DNA from: a virus
Direction: 5' to 3' (one strand)
Length of the DNA stretch: 64,000 nt
Virus record (IMG/VR): IMGVR_UViG_3300028920_000043
Location: 47,211 to 111,210 of that record
This document shows, one piece after another, positions 1 to 9,173 of the stretch. The notes below the pieces were generated by a model that did no database searches, was not told where the DNA came from, and worked only from the letters and a program-made list of their open reading frames with translations. The position numbers were made by a program, and so were the translations under genes. Within the stretch, counting starts at the first letter, position 1, and each line of letters opens with the position of its first letter.

Positions 1-1383
1 CAGAGATCCTAAATAATCATAAGATATCTCTCCGTCTTCCTCAAGCTCTATAGAATAAGGCTCAGTTGATGGAGTAAAGCTTGCGATATGACGAGCGATT
101 CCATTGGAGAATCTAATCTCGTCATAGAATCCATCCATGGCTGAAAGCACTCCACCGTCAGATGTGGTGATGTTTGGAAATCTAAACTCGCCTGAGAAGT
201 TAGAAAATGTTATAGAGAGTGGTGCCGTTCCAAGAAGATCACCATCCTTGAAAGCATACACAGTATTTCCAAACCGACAGATTTCAAAATGTACCCACTC
301 TTCTCCTGATCCAAACCCTGGTGACCAATCAATGCCCACTCCGAAAGGCGTATCCGCGGATTCTCCGTTTACAAAAATATCAGAATTGCCACCAGCATTA
401 TAAGGGTAAACATAAATATAATTAGCAGCATCTTGTCTTTGGCTGAAGCCTGCCACTCTATCATCAGTTGAGTACAATGGGTAGAACCAAAAATCAATCG
501 TCCAGTCACCATTCAAAAACCAATCATCAGAATCTGGAATAGCAAAATACGAAACACTGTCAAAGCGTTTCCATAGGGATCCAAGTCCAAACTTCTTCAC
601 ACTCTTAATCAGTTTGGCTTGAGGTAATCCTGATGAAGTAAATACGTGTCCGGTATCATCCGTAAATGGAGTCGGATTGTCTGTTGTTTTTGGCTGGACT
701 AAAACTTTTGTATTTCCATCAACCGTGAACTTCGTAGTCGGCTTGGAAAAGTTTGTGGTGTATCGAGCATTATCACTAATCCGCAGAACTGCCATATGTC
801 CTTGCCAGGGTCTTACAATATTCTGCTTTCTTGCAAGATGAAACGTTCCACCACTGAAACTAGGAATGGTATCGGAATCCGTAGCCGTTCCAATGCTCGT
901 ACCATCCACAAACATTTCATAAGACGTTCCTTGCTTCACTACTGCCAAATGATAATACGTGAACTGATTCAAGCTAGTTGCTTTTGAGATATCTATGATT
1001 GTTGCACCACCGCTGACCACCGTGAATCTCAGATTAGCCCCATCATACCAAAAGCCCCAAGCATTGTTGTCATCAATTCTATATCCACAGATGCCATTAT
1101 CAACCGGCCACGAAATCGGATTGTAATTGTTGAACACGTAAGTCTCAACCGTAAAGTCTGTTCCGGTGAGATCAAAATCAGAATCGGAAGGAGAGTTGAA
1201 TCTATAACCACTGCTGAAGTACAGAATCCCTTCACCGTCCGTGAACGGATGGCGATATGCAGCGCACTGATTTTGACAAGTGACAGCATGATCCGAAGTA
1301 CTGAAATCTTTCAGACTCTGTTGCTTATCGTCTTCATCACAATGAAGAATCAGTTTGGTATATTCATCAATTCCGCCAGCCAT
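1..1383 (-). CDS. LamG/concanavalin-A-like domain tail fibre or receptor-binding protein (3'-truncated by the window edge; absent from the ORF track)
   Basis: Manual translation from the ATG at 1383 gives MAGGIDEYTKLILH...DFTVETY...YHLAVVKQG...MFVDG...DWTIDFWFYP...DEIRFSNGIARH, open to base 1. Paralogous to 2563..6288 (MPVGIDEYTKLL). Confidence 0.85.
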   Translation of the reverse strand, partial: MAGGIDEYTKLILHCDEDDKQQSLKDFSTSDHAVTCQNQCAAYRHPFTDGEGILYFSSGYRFNSPSDSDFDLTGTDFTVETYVFNNYNPISWPVDNGICGYRIDDNNAWGFWYDGANLRFTVVSGGATIIDISKATSLNQFTYYHLAVVKQGTSYEMFVDGTSIGTATDSDTIPSFSGGTFHLARKQNIVRPWQGHMAVLRISDNARYTTNFSKPTTKFTVDGNTKVLVQPKTTDNPTPFTDDTGHVFTSSGLPQAKLIKSVKKFGLGSLWKRFDSVSYFAIPDSDDWFLNGDWTIDFWFYPLYSTDDRVAGFSQRQDAANYIYVYPYNAGGNSDIFVNGESADTPFGVGIDWSPGFGSGEEWVHFEICRFGNTVYAFKDGDLLGTAPLSITFSNFSGEFRFPNITTSDGGVLSAMDGFYDEIRFSNGIARHIASFTPSTEPYSIELEEDGEISYDYLGSL

Positions 1384-2014
1384 CGTCTACTACCTCTTGG
1401 AATGCTGTATTAATAACAGAAGCATAAGCCTTTTCTATCTGAACTCCTGTCGGATTCAATTTCAAAAACTTAACTATTCTGTCAATTTCATATTTCTTAT
1501 TTCTCAATATTCTCTCGAAACTGCAATGGAGCACTGGATAAGCTCCATCATTCTCTCGTACCCAATTTATTATCTCCGTATAATCCCTCAAGCGATTGAG
1601 CATCGTCCCACTCAATGGAGCATCGTCAGCGTCTCGGTAGTGTATGGATTGCGCCATTGCAAACACATCTCTCCAGACACAGATGACATAAGGATTCCTC
1701 ACTGATGAAATAATCTGCTCTATGTAAGTATAGAGTAACTGATCCTTCCAGCCCCATACGTTGTAAGTTTTGTTTCTTTCTTCAATAATCGGTTTTATCT
1801 TATCACCGATCTCGCTGTGCTTGCCTTCAAAAGCCAATGGGTAACTCTCCCGAGTAAACGTCCAGTCCTCATAATCGTAACCAAACCAGGACGGCTCGAA
1901 CTCTTCAGTCTTTCCCATGAAGATTCCGAGATGATCCATGATCTTCGCCACGCTGGACGTTCCACCCCTACCCAGCCCCATTACTAATATAGTCTGACAG
2001 TTTGTATTTTCCAT
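1367..2014 (-). CDS. sulfotransferase family protein
   Basis: ILVMGLGRGGTSS (PAPS-binding PSB loop), WGWKD, VICVWRD and SFERIL motifs. Start moved to the ATG at 2014 (MENTNCQ). Confidence 0.75.
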   Translation of the reverse strand: MENTNCQTILVMGLGRGGTSSVAKIMDHLGIFMGKTEEFEPSWFGYDYEDWTFTRESYPLAFEGKHSEIGDKIKPIIEERNKTYNVWGWKDQLLYTYIEQIISSVRNPYVICVWRDVFAMAQSIHYRDADDAPLSGTMLNRLRDYTEIINWVRENDGAYPVLHCSFERILRNKKYEIDRIVKFLKLNPTGVQIEKAYASVINTAFQEVVDDGWRN

Positions 2015-2573
2015 TATCGAAATCAACCAATCTCTTTCTGTTGAACCCAACCAATGCCTTCTCAACTCTACTCTCATCAATATCCAAAAACGCCAACATC
2101 TTTTCAACTTCTCGTTTCGGATTCCGTATTAAGCGCTCGAAGCTCAATAGTAAAAATGGATACGAACTTTCAGAAATGAAATCCAAAATCTTTTGATATA
2201 TTACCAAACGACTTCGGATGAACGATTTTGGAACATACTTAACCTTGTCTCTGTTTGTAACCGAATCAAATGCCGCTATAGGATCTCTGAATACAAAAAT
2301 CAATCTTGGGTTTCTAATCTCGTGAATAATCTCCAATCGATTAACCAAGAACGGATCCTTCCAACCCCAAATGTCAAACTGTTTATTCCGCTCTTCAATC
2401 TTAACGCGCATCTCATCCAGACTCTTTCCTACAAAATCTATATCCTCGAAATTTCCAGCCTCCTTGAATTGATAACCAAAGAATAATCCGGCACTGATGA
2501 GTATGCTGGCAATGGCAGAAGTGCCACCTCTTGCCGTTCCAAGAATAACAATTGTCTTTTCGTTAGTCAACAT
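1968..2573 (-). CDS. sulfotransferase family protein
   Basis: IVILGTARGGTS, WGWKDP, IFVFRDP and SFERLIRNP motifs; paralog of the neighbouring gene. Confidence 0.8.
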   Translation of the reverse strand: MLTNEKTIVILGTARGGTSAIASILISAGLFFGYQFKEAGNFEDIDFVGKSLDEMRVKIEERNKQFDIWGWKDPFLVNRLEIIHEIRNPRLIFVFRDPIAAFDSVTNRDKVKYVPKSFIRSRLVIYQKILDFISESSYPFLLLSFERLIRNPKREVEKMLAFLDIDESRVEKALVGFNRKRLVDFDNGKYKLSDYISNGAG

Positions 2574-5500
2574 TTACCAATACATCATCCAATAAAACAT
2601 CAGGCGTTCCCCCTTGTCCCTGATCCCAATAAATACGATACTTAACAACATCCCCGGAATTAGATCCTTGCCACGTCAGAAATGCTTTATCACCCACTTG
2701 AGAATAATCGAAAGTTCTGGTACTCCAGGTAAACGGTTTGGCAATTACATCTATAATATACTTGCCTCCGCGTGCCATGCCTCCTATTACTCGTCTGAAA
2801 TCATCTTCCTCTTTTATGTTCTCTGCATACAGCGCACCATTCCGATACACGTCAAATAATACTTGCCCTGCATACCCCGCTGGCTTGCTCGTGTAGTCCC
2901 AGGTTGCTATTACTGAATCTTGCGAAGCAGGATGTTGAATTACTTTTATCCAATCCATCCACTCCTCTATCATATCATACACGAAAGAACCGTCCTTCAC
3001 CGCGGACTGATTGTACTGATACAGCAAGTTTCCATCTTTGTAAAGGGGCCCAGTATACATGTAAAAGATCGGACCGTCTACCTGTAATAATTGAATCAAC
3101 TGATAGGCAAATGCTCCATTCTTCGCCACATCCAGAACTGTATCGTACACGATAGAACCATCTTTTATCAACGTCCCCTTGTAGGCATATGCTATATTGC
3201 CATCGATCTCGAACCGGTTGATTATATCATATAGAATTCCACCATCTTTTTTGATGTCATTTAGAATTCTATAGAGTACTTGCGCGTCTTTGATGGGAAC
3301 GCCTGAATATCGATATAATAGACTTCCATCTTTCACCACTGACTTAACATAATCATAAAGTACTTGTCCATCCTTCAGGTACTCATTAATATACTTGTAA
3401 AGAATTCCTCCATCGGCATGTGGGTATTGTTGATAGTAGTCATAGACAACTTCAGCATCCTTTACCAAATTGGAAAGATAATCATAAACAACTTGACCGT
3501 CCTTACTTAATTCTTTTAGAATCTCATATAGTATATCGGAATCTTTTGAAAGCTTAGAATGATAGTCATATAGAATTGGTCCATCTGATTTTATCTTCCC
3601 ATCGTAACCATATAAGATATCTCCATCACTTCCTATGAAGACATCCCCAATAGCGTAAGTAATAGGACCATCCGATGTCCACTCTTTTGTGTATTCAGAA
3701 TTCGGTGGCGTAAAATCGGAAGTCCATCGGGCGATCCCTTTGCTGATCCGCGGTTCGTCTATCCTTCCAGCCAAATAATTCCCATCCCAGCGTCTGCCGT
3801 AGTAAACACCATTCATATCCACGCTGTTCGAATTCGACCAGTTGGATCCCTTCTGCACGCCATCCACAAAGAATTTAACGGTGCCGCTGGTCCTTATCAT
3901 CGCCATGTGCATCCATTCGCCTATTTTTATATCTGAATCAGAAAACTTTGTTGACGATCCTCCCAGCATAACATCCCACCGATTACCCGCCTTGAATGGT
4001 TGAATATAAAGTTGATTGCTGGTAATAGAACTGATGAACATATCAGTGGCGGCTTGGGCGTCCAAAAGTAGCCACCCTTCAACTGTGAAATCTCCTGTTC
4101 CAAAATTCCAATCATCGTGGTCGGCAATAGAAAGATAATCGGTGGTGCCATCAAATATACACGATCCTCTCCCAAATCTTCCGCAGGTTCTTACTTTTAC
4201 ATTTCCATAAGGTCTCAATGCTCGATTGCTGCTAGAGCTATCAATTACACCGCCACCATGTATTAATAACTTTGTGTAGGAATCAGCAGTGTACTTTGAT
4301 GTTTCTGGTGTAAAGCCTGAAGTCCATCTGGCTATCCCTCTTGAGACTCTAAACTCCGTAATTCTGCCGGTCAAATCCATCGTACCGTTTCCCCACTCTC
4401 CTATTTTCTTTGCTTCATCCTTAGTCACGATACTACCAGAAACAGTAATATCAATATCCTTAACCCCGTTTATGAACGTCATCCAATTATTACCGTTTCT
4501 AACAGCGGCGAAATGATTCCAAGTATTCAAGGTTAAGGAGGTAGACCCTATACCATTACCGCCCGGATCCGCATTTATTAAATTCCATGAACTCCCGTTA
4601 CCAGATACCCAAAGATTAATATTTCGCGTTCCTTGATAATGATAGTCAAATCCAAACCAGTAATCTGTCGATCCAGCAAATAGAGCGAATCTGCCTTCTA
4701 CCGTTGGATAAAACCAGAAATCAACGGTTAAGTCGTCTGATCCAAAATCAAAATCAGGAAAGTTTCTTATGGACAAATAATCATTGGATCCGCTAAAAAT
4801 CATCTCCCATTGATTATCCACTAGAGGCTTCGTTACTTTTACATAAGCATCTCCGGAACCAGTAATCGTATGGGAAGACCCTGATGAATCTTCCGGTGTC
4901 GTATCGCCTTCCACATCGTTGGCGTGGATTAATAGTTTTGTGTAAGAATCAGAAGAATATTGAGTGGACTGTGGTGTAAATGCGGAAGTCCACCTAGCCA
5001 CTCCTTTGGAAATTCTTATCTCGGTCAGATACCCTTTGAATACTCTGGAGGAATAATACGCGTCCCTACCAATCCCTAATAAGCTGTTTGGATCGTTTAC
5101 AGAACTGCTTCCAATATCTGAAGAAGCACTTCCCGTTCCCATAGCAACGCCATTCAGGTAAGCCGTAACGGTGGAGCCATTTCTTACCAGAGCTATGTGG
5201 CTCCAAGCATCGAAAGTGACATTCTCTGCATCATAGGATCCGTAATCATCGGATCCAGAAAAGACAACCACTCTCCATTTACTTGAAGTATGTCCTATAA
5301 AAATTCCTATAGTTGTATTACCAGAACCGGATCGAGTAGTAAGAATGTACGGATCGGATGCCCCCGATATAGGATATACCAAGAAATCTAAAGTGAAATC
5401 ACCTGAACCCAATTCCCAATCTGCCGAATCTGGTGTAGTAAAATAATCTCCAGTTCCATCAAAAACCAGTATCCCTTTACCATCATTTAGCGGATGTGTT

Positions 5501-6288
5501 TTATCTGAATAAACATCTCCAACGGTTGTTACAAAATGTCCAGAATCACTTTCGTCTTTTGCGGCAACTGTCAGGTCTGGTTCATCAGTATGGATTAATA
5601 GTAGTGTATTGGCATCTTCTGCATACTGTGAAGTCTCTGGAGTGAAACCAGACGTCCAACGGGCTATATCGGAAATTCGCATTTCCGTGATATACCCTTT
5701 ATAATATCCATTTCCGCCATCCCATGTAGCCCATCCAAGTCTAACAGAACCACCATAAGCCAAATCCAAATCGGTCGAAATACTAGAATCAGAATCTTCC
5801 AAAGTACCATCTACAAATAGGTAAAGATTACTTCCACTCCTTACCACTGCCACATGATGCCAAGTCCCAGTAGCGAAAGTATTCGTTGATGTTAAAATTG
5901 GGTCACCTTCTGGTTGCCAATGAACACTTACCTTTTGAGCTTGTCCAACATTATTGTATCGAATAGCAAACCCATTAGCCCAACCGCCTTGAGTTGCTAT
6001 AAAACTAGGATAGTTTGCAGAAGATCCATCGTCCTTAAACCAAAAGTCAATCGTAAAGGCATTGCTTCCAAAATTAAAATCATCCGAATCTGGTATGTGA
6101 AGATAGTCACCGGACCCATCAAAGTACAAAGCACCCCTCCCGTCCAATAAAGGATGGGAGAAGTGCTGTGCATCTCCATTTGCAGTTATGGTATGATTTT
6201 GTCCCGAGTAGTCTTGGAAATTCTGACCAGCGTCGGGACCATTGAAATGATCAAGAAGTTTCGTGTATTCATCGATTCCTACAGGCAT
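2563..6288 (-). CDS. multi-LamG tail fibre/adhesin with a 14-aa repeat stalk and a C-terminal FN3-like region
   Basis: Four repeats of FDGxGDY..D..DF.FG...FT(I/V)DFW...W.H.A.VR.G...F..G...G.I.E.RIS..ARWTS.FTP, then ~17 (K)DGxx(L/V)Y repeats, then LTWQ...VVKYRIYW. Confidence 0.85.
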   Translation of the reverse strand: MPVGIDEYTKLLDHFNGPDAGQNFQDYSGQNHTITANGDAQHFSHPLLDGRGALYFDGSGDYLHIPDSDDFNFGSNAFTIDFWFKDDGSSANYPSFIATQGGWANGFAIRYNNVGQAQKVSVHWQPEGDPILTSTNTFATGTWHHVAVVRSGSNLYLFVDGTLEDSDSSISTDLDLAYGGSVRLGWATWDGGNGYYKGYITEMRISDIARWTSGFTPETSQYAEDANTLLLIHTDEPDLTVAAKDESDSGHFVTTVGDVYSDKTHPLNDGKGILVFDGTGDYFTTPDSADWELGSGDFTLDFLVYPISGASDPYILTTRSGSGNTTIGIFIGHTSSKWRVVVFSGSDDYGSYDAENVTFDAWSHIALVRNGSTVTAYLNGVAMGTGSASSDIGSSSVNDPNSLLGIGRDAYYSSRVFKGYLTEIRISKGVARWTSAFTPQSTQYSSDSYTKLLIHANDVEGDTTPEDSSGSSHTITGSGDAYVKVTKPLVDNQWEMIFSGSNDYLSIRNFPDFDFGSDDLTVDFWFYPTVEGRFALFAGSTDYWFGFDYHYQGTRNINLWVSGNGSSWNLINADPGGNGIGSTSLTLNTWNHFAAVRNGNNWMTFINGVKDIDITVSGSIVTKDEAKKIGEWGNGTMDLTGRITEFRVSRGIARWTSGFTPETSKYTADSYTKLLIHGGGVIDSSSSNRALRPYGNVKVRTCGRFGRGSCIFDGTTDYLSIADHDDWNFGTGDFTVEGWLLLDAQAATDMFISSITSNQLYIQPFKAGNRWDVMLGGSSTKFSDSDIKIGEWMHMAMIRTSGTVKFFVDGVQKGSNWSNSNSVDMNGVYYGRRWDGNYLAGRIDEPRISKGIARWTSDFTPPNSEYTKEWTSDGPITYAIGDVFIGSDGDILYGYDGKIKSDGPILYDYHSKLSKDSDILYEILKELSKDGQVVYDYLSNLVKDAEVVYDYYQQYPHADGGILYKYINEYLKDGQVLYDYVKSVVKDGSLLYRYSGVPIKDAQVLYRILNDIKKDGGILYDIINRFEIDGNIAYAYKGTLIKDGSIVYDTVLDVAKNGAFAYQLIQLLQVDGPIFYMYTGPLYKDGNLLYQYNQSAVKDGSFVYDMIEEWMDWIKVIQHPASQDSVIATWDYTSKPAGYAGQVLFDVYRNGALYAENIKEEDDFRRVIGGMARGGKYIIDVIAKPFTWSTRTFDYSQVGDKAFLTWQGSNSGDVVKYRIYWDQGQGGTPDVLLDDVLVNVD

Positions 6289-6327
6289 CGTGACTCTCTC
6301 CTACGTCATCAGTTTGCTTCCGGATGT

Positions 6328-6843
6328 TTATGACCCGGCTGTCTGGCCTTTAAGTCTCAATGTCGCCGGAACTGACGCGTCTGCCTGAGTACCTGCTGGA
6401 ATCGTTTGCTTCAACCAAACTCCTTGTGCTGATCCGGCAGTCAAGCTGCCACTGTTGGCAACATCGATTGCCGCGCCTTCTGATGGAGCGTCAGCAAATA
6501 CGATGTCACTGGGTGCAGTGAGCGGATTGGGAATACTCTTGGTATCATCGAGTGACGATGCCAATCCGATCTGAATCTGCCCAGCGTGCTCTTGTGCCTG
6601 AATCCAAACCTTCGATGCTGTGAGCGGTGTGGTTGCGTTCTTGTTCTTTGCGAATACCTTCTGGAACCGAATCACATCCGAACCGCCTGCTTCTTGTGCT
6701 GCGACTGTATAGAACACCTGACCCAATGTTCCATCCAGCTCTGTCTCTGAACCGTCTTCTCCGCCACCTGCCGGTGCACCATCACTGGGCGCCATCATTG
6801 ACGAAAGAATCCACAATAGATCACTTGCGACTACTGGAGACAT
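6328..6843 (-). CDS. putative tail-associated structural protein
   Basis: AGGAGG RBS before the ATG at 6843; beta-rich, with LTAGSAQGVWLKQTIPAG; lies in the tail module. Confidence 0.55.
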   Translation of the reverse strand: MSPVVASDLLWILSSMMAPSDGAPAGGGEDGSETELDGTLGQVFYTVAAQEAGGSDVIRFQKVFAKNKNATTPLTASKVWIQAQEHAGQIQIGLASSLDDTKSIPNPLTAPSDIVFADAPSEGAAIDVANSGSLTAGSAQGVWLKQTIPAGTQADASVPATLRLKGQTAGS

Positions 6844-8749
6844 TCGTTTCCTCCTTTCCAAGTTCTGTCAAACTTTTCACCTTGATATTGGGGCCATATA
6901 AAATTCCCGCATCGGTGATATTAAAAAACTCAATTTGCTTATAAGCGCTTGTCAATTCTACCAAGGTTTCTCGCATCTCGTTATAGAGCAGATTGGTAAT
7001 TACTGCTCCGTCTTTAACATCCTTGGCAATCAATAAACCTTCTTTCTGAATATCCTCATATCTTATCGTCTCATCGTAATACTTTTTACCGCCGGTGTAT
7101 GCCAAATCAACTCCACCAATAAGAATCTTTTTGCAACCCATACCGATCAAACAACTGATACCGGTAAATACAACGGATAAGGCAGATCCGAGAATCGTCA
7201 GTTTAACTTCATCCAGTATGTTAGGATGTACCGATCCAATTCCCATAGTATGGAAAAATCTCTTCTTACCCTTCCACGCTTTAATCACTTCAGGGTGAAG
7301 TACTGACGACGCCAGCATCTCATGCTTCGATGTATCCACTCCATCAAAATGCCTTACCACATTATCCTCTGGATGGATTGCAATAAAGTAGTCTGGCTCT
7401 ATACCCCACTCACACATAATCCTGAAACCTGAATTAGCACCTATTACTATGCGCTTGGTTCTTCCCATCCCCAGAAATCCCTTCAAATCGTCTTTAATAT
7501 TATTAACTGATGGTGCGGAGGAGATCAATACTCCCACCTTATCCTCAGACGATTTGAATAGATCATCCAGAGTTTTCGATTTGGAAAGCTCAGGTTTATT
7601 CCTCTTGAAGTTTTCTGCCCAAACATTCTTCCACGTATTCATGGTTAAATCATTCACCGCTTCTCTTGCATTTCCCAACGTAACTGGTACCATAACTCTA
7701 TTCTCATCAGCGCCAGTAAACTTCAAAACATCTTTGGCTCTGTTTTCATAAGTATGATTTTTTAGAACGTGACTTCTTGCTCGTGCAATCAACTGCTCAC
7801 GTTCTTTTCTGTTCTTCATGTAGTGCTCTATGATCTTCGGTATCTCGTCTATCTCATCATAAAGTGCTACAATATCATCCGGAAATAGCTCCTTGACTGC
7901 TTCACGCTTTTTCCATGTCAGCAATAATGCTCCTGCCGCGGGCACTTCAAATACTCTCGGAGATACCGTGGTAGATAAAATCCCCGGATTGGTTCTTCCG
8001 TATTCAGAAACCATTTCGTTTCTGGGAATATCCAATGCTATCTTTGTACCGGCATCGAACTTCGCCATTTCTTCTATTGATACGCTTCCCCTTCTCCAAA
8101 TAGAATTCAAATAATCCGACTTGAAATTTCTTCTTGAGTTTCCAACGATCTTCAAGCGGTACCGTTTCAATTCCTTTTCTAGCTTATCCAGTGCATCCAT
8201 TCTTTCCGCGAATAATGATCCGCCAATTAAGACATCAGACAAATAGTTTCTGGGAACGCGGCGTGGGTAAAATACATTAGGATCCACAGCAGTGGGTAAG
8301 TACATCGTCTTATCTTCACCATGTACTTTTACTGTATTCTTTTCATTGGTAAAGACATAATCATAGTAAGGCGTGAATTCTTTTGAAACATTTACCTGCT
8401 GAGGCTCATCTGTCAAATATACTGCTGTTTTGATTCCAAGCTTCTTTACATTGGTTATTATCCCAGTATGAATATTGGCACCATGAATGACAAAGACAAA
8501 ATCTATTGCATACCTCACGCAATAGTTCAAGATGCCTTGAGCAATAAGCTCAAAGAAATCATTCTTGGACATATTCAATTCTGGATCGAATATCGAGTTT
8601 ACTTGAATCGCTTTTTGAAAGAAATCCAAAACCCGATTGGTTTCATAATCCCAGACAGTATGCCCAAGACGCCGAAATGCTTCTGAAAAGCCTTCACCAA
8701 CATCCTTCGTACTAAACGCAAATCCACTACCCACCATTAAAATATTCAT
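6821..8749 (-). CDS. glycosyltransferase fusion: CgeB-like GT-B domain plus Maf/DUF115 (MAF_flag10-like) domain
   Basis: N-terminal half: YLTDEP, YLPTAVDP..FYP, RVFEVPAAG, HTYENRA. C-terminal half: LISSAPSV, IGANSG...GIEPDY, GCKKILIGGVDLAY. Confidence 0.75.
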   Translation of the reverse strand: MNILMVGSGFAFSTKDVGEGFSEAFRRLGHTVWDYETNRVLDFFQKAIQVNSIFDPELNMSKNDFFELIAQGILNYCVRYAIDFVFVIHGANIHTGIITNVKKLGIKTAVYLTDEPQQVNVSKEFTPYYDYVFTNEKNTVKVHGEDKTMYLPTAVDPNVFYPRRVPRNYLSDVLIGGSLFAERMDALDKLEKELKRYRLKIVGNSRRNFKSDYLNSIWRRGSVSIEEMAKFDAGTKIALDIPRNEMVSEYGRTNPGILSTTVSPRVFEVPAAGALLLTWKKREAVKELFPDDIVALYDEIDEIPKIIEHYMKNRKEREQLIARARSHVLKNHTYENRAKDVLKFTGADENRVMVPVTLGNAREAVNDLTMNTWKNVWAENFKRNKPELSKSKTLDDLFKSSEDKVGVLISSAPSVNNIKDDLKGFLGMGRTKRIVIGANSGFRIMCEWGIEPDYFIAIHPEDNVVRHFDGVDTSKHEMLASSVLHPEVIKAWKGKKRFFHTMGIGSVHPNILDEVKLTILGSALSVVFTGISCLIGMGCKKILIGGVDLAYTGGKKYYDETIRYEDIQKEGLLIAKDVKDGAVITNLLYNEMRETLVELTSAYKQIEFFNITDAGILYGPNIKVKSLTELGKEETNVSSSRK

Positions 8750-8792
8750 CCTAATCTTCTCCTAGAAACTCAATTGCCAATTATCCTAATCT

Positions 8793-9173
8793 TCACGCAA
8801 TCGATCTTAAAAAGTTAGCACTGAATGTAGCCCAATGCCTGTCTTCAGTGCCGTAAGACAAGCCCTGAAAAAAACAATTAGAATATTCATAGGTAAAATC
8901 ATACAAGGATGCCGGAGCTGATACCGCCGATAGCTGTTCCAGTAACTGCTGTAAGTAGGCTATCAATGTCATCCTGCTCCGAGTCTCTTGGGTGATCCAA
9001 CCCGCCACTGAAAGAGACTGTTGACCCCCTCCGAGATCTTTAATATAAACTCCTTCGGCTCTCGGTATTTGTTCCGTCAGCAAATTACGCTCAACATTAG
9101 GAACAGCATAAGAATGAGTTCCAATCTTTACTGTTCCAAACGTAACTACCGAACCGTGTTGAAGTATTGCCAT
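8793..9173 (-). CDS. putative distal tail (Dit-like) protein
   Basis: Directly follows the tape measure gene; IPRAEG...DLGG...LSVAGWI...FSANF pattern. Confidence 0.5.
   Translation of the reverse strand: MAILQHGSVVTFGTVKIGTHSYAVPNVERNLLTEQIPRAEGVYIKDLGGGQQSLSVAGWITQETRSRMTLIAYLQQLLEQLSAVSAPASLYDFTYEYSNCFFQGLSYGTEDRHWATFSANFLRSIA

Noticed and set aside
1-6288. Diversity-generating retroelement acting on the fibre genes
   Set aside because: No reverse transcriptase, and I saw no near-identical TR/VR pair differing at adenines. One could lie outside the window.
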